Part shown: piece by piece, positions 16,270-24,582 of the stretch | How positions within the stretch are numbered: the stretch's first letter is position 1 | Layout of the letters: the number at the start of each line of letters is the position of its first letter | NCBI GenBank assembly: GCA_000830275.1 | Contig: CP010424.1 | Coordinates: forward strand, 1,170,001-1,202,000 | Length of the DNA stretch: 32,000 nt | Direction of reading: 5' to 3' | Origin: an archaeon GW2011_AR10 | Lineage (GTDB): Archaea; Iainarchaeota; Iainarchaeia; Iainarchaeales; GW2011-AR10 | The notes under the pieces: generated by a model | What the model saw: only the letters and a program-made list of their open reading frames with translations | What the model was told of the DNA's origin: nothing | Database searches by the model: none | Made by a program: the position numbers and the translations under genes

Positions 16270-16641
16270 ATGGGTCTTCCTGCAGCAGAGAGAATGAATT
16301 TGATTAGAATGAAGAGGCTGGAAGCAGGGCTTAAGAACCTTCAATGGAAGGGACGGCGCTGGTGGGCTCGCCAAAGTCCGGAGCTGAGGGCATTCAAGGA
16401 AAGCATTTTGAAGGAAATAAGGGAAGGAAACATTCACGACCCAATAAAAGTTATGGAATTGATTGCAGAATTCAATAAAAAGCACCAAACAAGATATGAT
16501 GTAAGGCACTTTTTTTCGCCAGAAGAAAGGATTGAGTTGTCAAAGCTTTTCCAAGAAATGTTTTTGCAGCGTAAAACAGGGGAACAGCATGGCAGGATAG
16601 CGGGACTTACACCACAGGAAAGGCATGCACTCACAATTTAG
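16270..16641 (+). CDS. Hypothetical protein
   Basis: 123-aa ORF, 9 nt after the preceding stop. Basic and helical-looking. No family recognised. Confidence 0.4.
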   Translation: MGLPAAERMNLIRMKRLEAGLKNLQWKGRRWWARQSPELRAFKESILKEIREGNIHDPIKVMELIAEFNKKHQTRYDVRHFFSPEERIELSKLFQEMFLQRKTGEQHGRIAGLTPQERHALTI

Positions 16642-16706
16642 TAGAAAAGCTTGACCAAAAGAAAAAGCACTAATTTTTGATAAATTTGCGGCCTATTGCT
16701 TTGCAA

Positions 16707-16904
16707 TATAGCAAAATGCTTAAGTAATTGAACATTGAATTGCGTTTTGCATCTAGCAAACAGCAGTATACAGTTCAAAAATATTGGCTGTTTGCTATAG
16801 TCGCAAAAGACATTAAGAAATTACCAAAAATAATGTCTTTTGCTAAAAAAATTGCATTTTGCAACCAGCAAATTAATGCTCAAAAATCAAAGCTGTTTGC
16901 TGTA
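16707..16904. repeat. Family-1 composite element, copy F (deletion variant of C and G)
   Basis: Same module order as 6621-6826, with only a couple of substitutions over ~150 bp. It lacks the GCGAATGAC module. Its first module is a chimera (5' arm GCAAAATGC, 3' arm GCGTTTTGC). Confidence 0.9.
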
Positions 16905-16944
16905 GGTAAAAAGGTTTGCGTTGCATTTGGCTGCAAACGAAGAG

Positions 16945-17101
16945 AGCTGAGGATGGGAGTCGAACCCATCTCTTCCGCTTACAGCAACCAAAAGCTGCAA
17001 AAGACAGCTTTCTTTTGCTTTCTTTTGCTTTCTTTTGTAAACTTTTCTTTTCTAAAGAAAAGTTTCTGCAGGCGGATGCATGGCCGATCTGCCACCCCAG
17101 C
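16945..17101 (-). tRNA. tRNA-Cys (anticodon GCA) with an 86-nt intron at the canonical 37/38 position
   Basis: Hand-folded on the minus strand. Acceptor GCTGGGG/CCTCAGC (one G-U). D arm GCA-GATCGGCCA-TGC. Anticodon stem TCCGC/GCGGA with loop CTGCAGA. 4-nt variable loop. T arm ATGGG-TTCGACT-CCCAT. Discriminator T, no encoded CCA. Exons are 17066-17101 and 16945-16979; the intron is 16980-17065. Confidence 0.85.
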
Positions 17102-17215
17102 GAAACGGTAACCTCCGTTTACAAGGTGTGCCATTTTCAATGGCACTGGCTCGGCTCTTGGAGCCTCGCAACGGCTGGAACTTCAGCCGGCAAAGGTACC
17201 ATTAATCATTTTTGC
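17102..17215. other. Run of five consecutive perfect hairpins between tRNA-Cys and the ThiI-like gene (function unknown)
   Basis: AAACGG/CCGTTT (17103-17120), GTGCCAT/ATGGCAC (17128-17146), GGCTC/GAGCC (17153-17165), CGGCTG/CAGCCG (17172-17189), GGCAAA/TTTGCC (17189-17215). Confidence 0.5.
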
Positions 17216-17271
17216 CAGAAAACTTATTTAAGGGTACTATTGCTTTCTGAAGAGCTATTTTAACGGTTTTG

Positions 17272-18192
17272 ATGGAATGTTCCTGTATGAATGAGCAGGA
17301 ATGCGTGCTTTTGAAGACTTCTCCTGAAATATCCCTTAAAACCCATTACGTGAGAAGATACTTCACTGAAAAACTTGTTTCCAACATTAAAACTGTTTTG
17401 AGGCAAAACAAGCTCAGTGGCACTGAGGTCAGAAAAAAACCCGGCAGGCTGTTAATTTACTCTGAGAAAAAAAAGCTCCCGAAAATCGGCAAATTGATGG
17501 AAAACATTTTCGGCGTTACTTCAGTTGCGTTTGCCAACAAAATTGGTTCAGTTGAAAAAAGCGAAATAATTCTTGAAGCAGTAAAGCTAGCGGGGATGCA
17601 TTTTAGTGAAATGGACTCTTTTGCGGTCAGGGTTAAAAGGCACGGCACTCACCATTTCTCTTCAAAGCAGCTCGAGGAGGAAATAGGTTCAGCAATAAAC
17701 CAGAAAATTAACGGGTTAATTGTTGACTTGACTTCTCCAAGCAAAGAGCTGTTTGTTGAGGTCAAGGATCTTGAAACATTTTTTTACACTGAGGAAAGCC
17801 CTGCTGCAGGCGGGCTGCCTTTAGGCTGTGAAGGCAATGTTGCAGTTGAATTCCTTGGGAGAAAAGAGGAGCTGCTCGCAGCTTGGCTGATGATGAAGCG
17901 GGGCTGCAATGTTTTTCCGCTTGTGGAAAAGAAAACCAAAAAAATTGAATCACACATCAATAAGTTGAGGAAATGGAATTCTTTCAGGAAATTCAAGCTC
18001 ACAGAGTTGCAGGACAAGAAAGACTTGCTTGAAAAAAAAGATATTGCGGTAAAGGCAATAGTGAAGGCAGACACTGTTTTCTCACGAGAATTTGTTGCGG
18101 AGAAAAAAAGGCAGCCAGTGCCTGTCTTCTGGCCACTTGTTTTTTACCCTGAGGAATTGTTTGAACGCGATATAAAGAAGGTGCTAGGTTGA
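17272..18192 (+). CDS. ThiI-like THUMP-domain protein with a degenerate PP-loop domain
   Basis: LLKTSPEISLKTHYVRRYFTEKLVSNIKTVL (ThiI N-terminal style), a THUMP-like middle, then GGLPLGCEGNVAVEFLGRKEELLAAWLMMKRGCNVFPL, where the expected SGGxDS is replaced by LGRKEE. Short C-terminus. ATG at 17272. Confidence 0.6.
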   Translation: MECSCMNEQECVLLKTSPEISLKTHYVRRYFTEKLVSNIKTVLRQNKLSGTEVRKKPGRLLIYSEKKKLPKIGKLMENIFGVTSVAFANKIGSVEKSEIILEAVKLAGMHFSEMDSFAVRVKRHGTHHFSSKQLEEEIGSAINQKINGLIVDLTSPSKELFVEVKDLETFFYTEESPAAGGLPLGCEGNVAVEFLGRKEELLAAWLMMKRGCNVFPLVEKKTKKIESHINKLRKWNSFRKFKLTELQDKKDLLEKKDIAVKAIVKADTVFSREFVAEKKRQPVPVFWPLVFYPEELFERDIKKVLG

Positions 18193-18980
18193 TTAAAGGC
18201 GTTGTGTTTGATTTGGATGGCGTTATAGTCAACACTCCGGACATTTACTTTAAGACAATGAAGGAATATATTAGGGGGCACTCAGTCAAAGTAAAGGATG
18301 AGGATGTGTCCAAGCTAATTGGCTACTCGTTGAGGGACGAGCTAATGCTGATAAACCAGAAATATGGCCTCAATATTGAACTCTCTGAATTTGTTTCAGT
18401 TGTTCTCTCCAAGTCAAGGAAACTGATGGAAAAAGAGATGAAGGTCAATGATGGTTTTACTGAACTGCTTTCAGAACTGAAGGAAAACCGCTTCAAAACA
18501 GCTGTTGCCTCAAACAATGTTCCTTCAACAATTGATTTCATTCTGTCAAAGTACGGTTTCCTTGAGTCATTTGATGCAATTGTTGGAGCCGACGATGTGA
18601 AGCATGGAAAGCCCAGCCCTGAAATATACATTAAAGCAGTTGAAAAGTTGGGTTTGAAGAAAGAGGAGTGCATCGCAATTGAGGACACTTTAATAGGGTT
18701 AAAGGCAGTCAGTGCAGCTGGCCTTAAATGCATTGCTTTTCCAAACAAGTTCACTAACGGCCAAAACCTTTTAAGCAAACCCAAGCAAAATCATGGATTT
18801 TGCGGGTCTCGCAAAACCAAAGGTTTTGCAAGGAGGTTTGCGAAAAGTGGCCTTCGGCTAAAACCAAAGGTTTTACGAGGAGGTTTGCGAAAACGCAGCT
18901 CCGCCAAAAACCTTTTCGGAGCAGTTTTAACAATCGGGAGCCTCACTGAATTGAATTCAGGGGTAATAAGGGGGCTTTAA
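18189..18980 (+). CDS. HAD-superfamily hydrolase (beta-phosphoglucomutase/phosphatase-like, subfamily IA) carrying an in-frame repeat insertion near the C-terminus
   Basis: VVFDLDGVIVNT (motif I), VASNN (II), KHGKPSPEIY (III), IAIEDTLIGLKAVSAAG (IV). TTG start overlaps the upstream stop (TTGA). Residues ~193-240 are encoded by the family-2 repeat. Confidence 0.8.
   Translation: MIKGVVFDLDGVIVNTPDIYFKTMKEYIRGHSVKVKDEDVSKLIGYSLRDELMLINQKYGLNIELSEFVSVVLSKSRKLMEKEMKVNDGFTELLSELKENRFKTAVASNNVPSTIDFILSKYGFLESFDAIVGADDVKHGKPSPEIYIKAVEKLGLKKEECIAIEDTLIGLKAVSAAGLKCIAFPNKFTNGQNLLSKPKQNHGFCGSRKTKGFARRFAKSGLRLKPKVLRGGLRKRSSAKNLFGAVLTIGSLTELNSGVIRGL
18761..18916 (+). mobile_element. Family-2 repeat copy K inserted in frame within the HAD hydrolase CDS
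   Basis: Bounded by near-identical direct repeats CCAAAACCTTTT (18761-18772) and CCAAAAACCTTTT (18904-18916), whose ends are 144 bp apart. The interior aligns with intergenic copy J (GCAAAATCATGGATTTTGC, GCAAAACCAAAGGTTTTGC, GGCCTTCGGCT). Confidence 0.7.
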
Positions 18981-20207
18981 ATGAGGGTGGCGATTTTTTC
19001 TGACACTCACCTTGGCTTCAAAGCGTTTGGGCGAGAGCAAGAAAGCTTTGAGAATGCGGAGCAGGCATTTGGCATAGCGTTGGATAATAAAGCAGACGTA
19101 ATCCTGATTGCGGGCGACATATTCAATGAAGTAACTCCCTCAACCGATGTGCTGGTTGGTGCCTTTCAGCTGTTCAGCAAAGCGAAGACAAGCAAAAAGG
19201 ACATAAAAATAGGGGTTTCCTCGAAAAAGCAAGTGATAGAGGAAATAGTTGCAGGAATTCCAATAATCTTAATTCACGGAAACCACGAATTCAGGGGAAA
19301 AGACTACACTAACGTGCTGCACCTTTACAGCAAATCCGGTTTCGCTTTCTACCTTCACGCTGAAACAGCTGTGCTGGAAAAAGGAAACGAAAAGCTTGCA
19401 GTGCATGCTTTAGGCGGGGTGCCAGAGCAAAAAGCGCTGGATGCGCTAAAGCTTTGGAATCCAAAGCCAGTGGAAAGCGCAGTGAACATTCTCCTATTGC
19501 ACCAGAATTTCAAGGAGTTTTCCCCGGTTGAAGACGAAATGGTTGCAACCCTTTCCTTGGATGATTTGCCAAATGGCTTTGACTTGATTGCTTCAGGGCA
19601 TCTTCATTGGACGGTAAAGCAAAAGCTCGGCAAAACAACTTTTTTGCTTGCAGGAAGCACAATCTGCACGCAGATGAAGAAAGTAGAGCAGGAAAACAGG
19701 AAAGGCGTTCACTTGTTTGAAACTCAAGCAAAAACCATTGAATTCATTCCTTTGCCTGTGCAGAGAAACCTTTTCTACCATAAAATAAGCTTTGAAGAGG
19801 CCAAGCCAGAGCAAGTAATCCACAAAATTCATGAGGCAATAGAGAAAGACTTAAAAGAAGGAAATGCCTTGCCCCCGCTTATAAGGCTGAAACTGGTTGG
19901 CAACCTGTCCAAGGGCATTTCGCTTTCAGATATTGACTTAAAGGCTGTTGAGGAAAAATTTCGGGGAAAAGCCATTATGTCTGTTTCGAAGGAGTTTTCA
20001 ACAACCGCTTTCAAGAAAAAAATTGCGGAACTCAGGCAAATACAGCAGTCAAAGCAGTCAATTTCTTCAATTGGCTTAAGCATTCTTGAAAAAAACCTGA
20101 AGGAAACCGATTTCAATGACGCATTTGAAGTGAAGAGAATATTTGACTTGCTTGCAGAAGACGAAACAGACAAAGTCTCTGAAATTCTTTCAAGAAGGAA
20201 AAAATAA
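18981..20207 (+). CDS. mre11: DNA double-strand break repair nuclease Mre11
   Basis: Calcineurin-like phosphoesterase motifs: FSDTHLG, AGDIFN, IHGNHE, SGHLH. 408 aa. ATG immediately follows the HAD stop. Confidence 0.85.
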   Translation: MRVAIFSDTHLGFKAFGREQESFENAEQAFGIALDNKADVILIAGDIFNEVTPSTDVLVGAFQLFSKAKTSKKDIKIGVSSKKQVIEEIVAGIPIILIHGNHEFRGKDYTNVLHLYSKSGFAFYLHAETAVLEKGNEKLAVHALGGVPEQKALDALKLWNPKPVESAVNILLLHQNFKEFSPVEDEMVATLSLDDLPNGFDLIASGHLHWTVKQKLGKTTFLLAGSTICTQMKKVEQENRKGVHLFETQAKTIEFIPLPVQRNLFYHKISFEEAKPEQVIHKIHEAIEKDLKEGNALPPLIRLKLVGNLSKGISLSDIDLKAVEEKFRGKAIMSVSKEFSTTAFKKKIAELRQIQQSKQSISSIGLSILEKNLKETDFNDAFEVKRIFDLLAEDETDKVSEILSRRKK

Positions 20208-20214
20208 GCTGGCT

Positions 20215-21594
20215 TTAGTGGTTTTGCCTTCGGAACTCAGCGTAGTCAACTAAGGCCTTAATTGACTTGGCTGCAACAGAAGGGTACTTGAAAACAATAA
20301 CGCCTCCTCTTTCAAGCTCTCTGCTTCTCTCAATGGTGTATTCTGAACCAATTGTGACAACCAATAAAGGCTTTTTGGCTTTCTTTTTTATTTCAATCAG
20401 CTCTTTGACTATTTTTTTGTCAATTGCAGGCGTGTTGAATAGAATCAAAACAAGCAGGATATCGATTTTTTTTTCGCGCAGCCCTGCCAGAATTGCCTGC
20501 TTGTATCTTTTGTCGTCTGCATCCCCGACTAAGTCAAGGGGGTTGCTTACAGTAACAGTGCGGGGAAATGCTTTCCTTAAGAGCTTTTCATTTCCTCTGC
20601 TAAACCCTGCAAGCTTTAAGCAGTTTCCAACGACTTGGTCGGCTGTAACAATGCCGTAACCGCCGCCATTAGTGATAATCAAAACCCGGTTTCCTTTTGG
20701 CAGTGGCTCGTTCTCAAGAGTTTTGGCAAAAGAAAACAAGTCAATCAAATCGTATGCCTGAATTATTCCTGTTTGCCGGAATAATGCCTCATAGACTTCA
20801 ACTGACCCGGCCAAAGAGCCAGTGTGAGAAGCAGTTGCGTTGTGGGTTTCCTTGTTCATGCCTCCCTTCAATGCAACGATAGGCATCCTAAGCGAGGTTT
20901 CCCTTGCAACCTTAAAGAATTTCCTGCCTTTTTTCACTCCTTCAATGTACATTGCCAAAACTTTGGTTTGCTTGTCACGCTTGAAGTATTCAACTAAATC
21001 TGATTCATCAACATCCATTGCGTTGCCATAGGAAACAAACTTGCTTAACCCAAACTCTTGGCTTGAAATCCAGTCAAGCAATGCAACGCCAAGCGCCCCT
21101 GACTGGCTGATGAAAGCAACTTTTCCTTTTTTCGGGTACCCCATTTTCCTGCTCTCAGAAAACGTGCTGTTAAGCCCGTTGAAACTGTTGTAAACGCCAA
21201 AGCAGTTAGGGCCGATGACTCGTGTGCCGGGGTTCTTGCTGATAATTTTCTGGATTTCAGCGGTCAGTTTTTTTTCCCCGATTTCAGCAAAGCCAGCACT
21301 AATTATTATTGCGCCACCAACTTTTTTCTCAATGCACTCCCTTAACACCATTGGTACGGCTTTTGCTGGAACTGCAACAATTGCTAGGTCAACCTTTGCA
21401 GGAATGCTTTTGACTGATGGAAAAGCCTTTTTTCCAAGAATTGTGGCGTGATTTGGGTTTACAGGAAAAACTTTTATCGCTAGTCTGGTGCTGAAAAAAT
21501 TCTCAAGCAGTGCTTTCCCAATACTTTTAGGCTGGTTGCTTGCACCGATTACTGCAACGCTTTCAGGGTAAAAAAAGCAGTCCAATTCCTCCAA
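20215..21594 (-). CDS. ADP-forming acetyl/acyl-CoA synthetase alpha-type protein (CoA-binding plus CoA-ligase flavodoxin domains)
   Basis: FFYPESVAVIGASNQPKSIGKALLENF, IGPNCFGV, SQSGALG and ASHTGSLAG (phosphohistidine-loop-like). 459 aa. Confidence 0.75.
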   Translation of the reverse strand: MEELDCFFYPESVAVIGASNQPKSIGKALLENFFSTRLAIKVFPVNPNHATILGKKAFPSVKSIPAKVDLAIVAVPAKAVPMVLRECIEKKVGGAIIISAGFAEIGEKKLTAEIQKIISKNPGTRVIGPNCFGVYNSFNGLNSTFSESRKMGYPKKGKVAFISQSGALGVALLDWISSQEFGLSKFVSYGNAMDVDESDLVEYFKRDKQTKVLAMYIEGVKKGRKFFKVARETSLRMPIVALKGGMNKETHNATASHTGSLAGSVEVYEALFRQTGIIQAYDLIDLFSFAKTLENEPLPKGNRVLIITNGGGYGIVTADQVVGNCLKLAGFSRGNEKLLRKAFPRTVTVSNPLDLVGDADDKRYKQAILAGLREKKIDILLVLILFNTPAIDKKIVKELIEIKKKAKKPLLVVTIGSEYTIERSRELERGGVIVFKYPSVAAKSIKALVDYAEFRRQNH

Positions 21595-21669
21595 AACATC
21601 ACCTGAAAGAATTAGCGTTTTCTTCTTAATAATTTTATTGGCTCCAACAAAAGCACTAAAACAAAAAGT

Positions 21670-22827
21670 TTACGGCAAAAAATCCTTTGCCTTGATTTTC
21701 TTTGGAAGGTACTCATCCGCAACAAAGCTCAAGGATTTGTTTGCCAGGGCCTGCTGCTCTATCCTGATTTTTTCACTGAGTGCCTTTTTGAGCTGCCTCT
21801 GCCATTCACTGTTTTGAAACCAGGGGTACTCAAGCATTTCTTTGGCTCTCTTTATGTCGCCTTCCTTCATTCTCTCGGTTACATTTTTCAGCTCGTACGT
21901 TTCAACGTCATCCAGCGTCATTCCAATATATTTTGCACCAGGCACTGCAAGCAGGTCAGAGTGAGCTGCCAGAGCCATTGAACCCTGCTTTATAACGCTG
22001 TAAATATACCAGCCGTAAGGGTCGCCATCCGTAAACATGTAAACAGGAAGCTTTGCTTCCATGTGAAGCCTGTGAATAAGCCTTCTGGTGCCCCGTGCGG
22101 CCTGCCCCCCAGTGCTCACAAGGATTGCTCTGTTTTTCTTTGCGAAGTCTTCCTCCACAAGCCTCTCATACATTGCTTCGGTTTCAATTACAAGAACATA
22201 GTTTGCGTCCACCTTCAATATCTCAATTTCTTCAGGCTCAACCCTTGACATAATGCTCCAACCGCCCCGTCCAAGCTTCCCTGCATTGAAGGTGTCATTG
22301 TTGTGCTTTCTGTCCCTGAGTGTTATATCCCCATAGAGTGTTCCCTTTGGGTTTGCGTGCAGGTTCAGCTTTTCCCTGATTGAATTAACTGCATGCTCTA
22401 AATCTACAATTACTCCATCTGATTCTGTCTGCTCCTCAAAAGTGTTTTCCTTGCTACCCCCTATTGTGTGCTTTAACTCATAATATATTTCACGAATTGC
22501 AGCTGTCTTGTTTTCCTCAAGGTATTCGTGGGTTTTTGCTGAAACAATCATTGTCTGCATGAATTTCCTTGCGTGACCGATATTAAGGAAGTTCCTCGTG
22601 GTTGTTTTATCGCCTAGCGTTAAAAGCTTGTCTTTCTCATCGAACTCAACGTTGCCTCTGCCCCTCTGCTGTGTTACAAACTCTGGGTCCTTATGCTTGT
22701 TAATGTCGCCAACTATTTCTTCACCAATGCGCCTGATTTTTTGTGCAATAATCTTTGGGTCTTCTTTTTCCCTTAGCTTTTCACCTGCTGTTTTCTTTGA
22801 TTTTCTGGCGCTGTTTTTTGCTGGCAT
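21670..22827 (-). CDS. top6A: DNA topoisomerase VI subunit A (Spo11-like)
   Basis: Toprim block FTDGDPYGWYIY, winged-helix catalytic region REIYYELKH, 385 aa. Its start overlaps the top6B stop (TGATG). Confidence 0.9.
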   Translation of the reverse strand: MPAKNSARKSKKTAGEKLREKEDPKIIAQKIRRIGEEIVGDINKHKDPEFVTQQRGRGNVEFDEKDKLLTLGDKTTTRNFLNIGHARKFMQTMIVSAKTHEYLEENKTAAIREIYYELKHTIGGSKENTFEEQTESDGVIVDLEHAVNSIREKLNLHANPKGTLYGDITLRDRKHNNDTFNAGKLGRGGWSIMSRVEPEEIEILKVDANYVLVIETEAMYERLVEEDFAKKNRAILVSTGGQAARGTRRLIHRLHMEAKLPVYMFTDGDPYGWYIYSVIKQGSMALAAHSDLLAVPGAKYIGMTLDDVETYELKNVTERMKEGDIKRAKEMLEYPWFQNSEWQRQLKKALSEKIRIEQQALANKSLSFVADEYLPKKIKAKDFLP

Positions 22828-24563
22828 CAGTTCTCCTCCTCAGCTTCCGTTTTTTTCTTTCTTTTCTTCTCGTTTTTCTTTGTTTTTTCCATTGTTTCCT
22901 CAATTTCTTCCTTGACTTTCTCTTCAGCTTCTTCTTCAAGCCTCAGCTTTTCGAGGACAAGCTTTTCAAGGTTCTTCCTCAACTTTCCCTCGTTTTCCTT
23001 GGTAAGCTTATTCAGTGCAAAAGCAATTTCTGGAATGTACTTGTAAAAGATTTCCCTCTTCATTTGCTTTTCCTGTTCTCTTTTCTTTCCAGAAATGTAA
23101 ATCCCGGTTTTCCTCCCAGAATCCATTAAGGCAAGCCTGAGTTCCTCCATTATTTCCTCTTCATCGCTTATTGCCTGCTTTCCAGCAGAAGTGTAAGGGA
23201 TGTGAACGCTGATTAAGTTGACGAAAATGGTTAAGGGTGCATTCTCCAAGTCTTTTATGCCATAACGCTTCCAATCAATTGATTGCACTGCCTTCGTAAT
23301 GGCGCATCCTCCAGAGTCAAACAAAAGTGGCGCCCTGTTGGCAAACCTCATTACTTCAATTTTTCGTTCCGGCTCGAATACGTTGGTTTCCCCGCCTTCC
23401 TGTTCTTTTGTTTTCTGGTTTTGCTCTTCATTGCCTCTGCCGGCGTTTCCACCGAAAGCAATCGAAACCTCAACTTGGAATGGAAACCCCCCAGAGTAAA
23501 CCTGTGGCCTTCTTGTTACAACTGAAAGATATTCCGGCTGGACAATGCTCTGAAGGCTTTTATTGATGCGGTCCTCACCGATTGGCCTTAAACCATCAGT
23601 GCGAGGAGCAATGAAATTCATTTTCTTGAACATTTTAACTATTTCCTCTGCCTCATCCCATGAAAGCTGTTTGGGGTCTTTCCTCAAATCAAAGGAAACA
23701 TTCTTCCTTATTTCTTCAAGCGCCTTGTCCCCCATTCGGTCAAATTCTGTTTTTAGGAAACTGCTTGTTTGCCTTGAATCAGTGTACCTGCTCAAACTAA
23801 TTATTTCGTCAACTGTAACCCCTTTTGGGTGCGGTTTCATTTCAACGGGCTTTGATGGAATATCTTTGGCAGACCTGTCAAAATTTGTAGTGCTTTTGTC
23901 TGGTGCAATGAACTTGATTTTTGCGTGCGGGTTTGCGATTGCAGTTCTTCTCAGGTATTCAAGTGGTGCCTGCTCGGACTTCACGTATTTCACGCCCTTG
24001 AACCTTGCCTTAACCGCCAAGCCCTTGAACTCCTTGTTTAATTCCACAAGATTCGAAATTTTTGGCTGGTTAATTTTTGGGTCAATACTTATCTCAAGGC
24101 TCATTGGCTTGTTTTTCCCGGTTCCTGTTATGACCTTGACAGGTTTTCCTGTAGTAATCTGTGAAAGCATTGTGCAGCCTGATGCTCCAATGCCCTGTTG
24201 GCCGCGCATCTGCATCATTCTGTGAAACTTTGTTCCGGCAAGAAGCTGTCCGAGCGCTTTTCCAACTGTTTCCTTTGTCAGCCCAGGGCCATTGTCTTTA
24301 ACAGTGATCTCGTAGTATCCGTCTCCAAGTTCCTCAATCTGCACTTCAATATCCGGAAGAATCCTTGCTTCCTCGCAGGCATCCAAAGAATTTGTTACAT
24401 ATTCATGGACAATTGTTGTAAGGGTTTTGATTTTTCCAGTCAAGCCAAGCATCTGCATATTCTTTTTGAAGAACTCTGCAACAGAATGCTCTTTGAATTC
24501 CTTCGAGATTTCCTCAGCGCTGATAACCTTCTCTATTGCACTGGCTTTCTGTTTCTCTGCCAA
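22827..24563 (-). CDS. top6B: DNA topoisomerase VI subunit B (GHKL ATPase) with a Glu/Lys-rich C-terminal tail
   Basis: HEYVTNSLDA (N box), DNGPGL, GQQGIGASG. TTG start 5 nt after AGGTGAT. The tail is EEEAEEKVKEEIEETMEKTKKNEKKRKKKTEAEEEN. Confidence 0.9.
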   Translation of the reverse strand: MAEKQKASAIEKVISAEEISKEFKEHSVAEFFKKNMQMLGLTGKIKTLTTIVHEYVTNSLDACEEARILPDIEVQIEELGDGYYEITVKDNGPGLTKETVGKALGQLLAGTKFHRMMQMRGQQGIGASGCTMLSQITTGKPVKVITGTGKNKPMSLEISIDPKINQPKISNLVELNKEFKGLAVKARFKGVKYVKSEQAPLEYLRRTAIANPHAKIKFIAPDKSTTNFDRSAKDIPSKPVEMKPHPKGVTVDEIISLSRYTDSRQTSSFLKTEFDRMGDKALEEIRKNVSFDLRKDPKQLSWDEAEEIVKMFKKMNFIAPRTDGLRPIGEDRINKSLQSIVQPEYLSVVTRRPQVYSGGFPFQVEVSIAFGGNAGRGNEEQNQKTKEQEGGETNVFEPERKIEVMRFANRAPLLFDSGGCAITKAVQSIDWKRYGIKDLENAPLTIFVNLISVHIPYTSAGKQAISDEEEIMEELRLALMDSGRKTGIYISGKKREQEKQMKREIFYKYIPEIAFALNKLTKENEGKLRKNLEKLVLEKLRLEEEAEEKVKEEIEETMEKTKKNEKKRKKKTEAEEEN

Positions 24564-24582
24564 CCAATATCACCTTTTGCAT

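Noticed and set aside
16728-17111. ORFs reading through repeats (16728-17111, 16916-17263, 26106-26345, 6754-6963, 2203-2439, 2303-2497, 6504-6692)
   Set aside because: They lie entirely in repeat, tRNA or hairpin DNA. Their similarity to each other is explained by the DNA repeats. The 16728 and 16916 ORFs run antisense across the tRNA-Cys gene.
17128-17146. A second tRNA (anticodon-arm-like TGCCA-TTGAAAA-TGGCA, GAA/Phe on the minus strand or TTC/Glu on the plus strand)
   Set aside because: No acceptor stem, canonical D arm or T arm (TTCRANY loop) can be placed around it. The sequence runs directly into tRNA-Cys position 1.
18761-18916. The HAD insertion as an intein or a BHB-spliced mRNA intron
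   Set aside because: The 48 residues carry no intein blocks or nucleophile residues at the junctions. I could not fold a bulge-helix-bulge across the junctions. RNA-level removal is kept only as something to test.
18981-20207. Mre11 lacking an adjacent Rad50/HerA/NurA as an anomaly
   Set aside because: From memory, the mre11-rad50-herA-nurA operon is not conserved in all archaeal lineages. Absence from a 32-kb window is uninformative.
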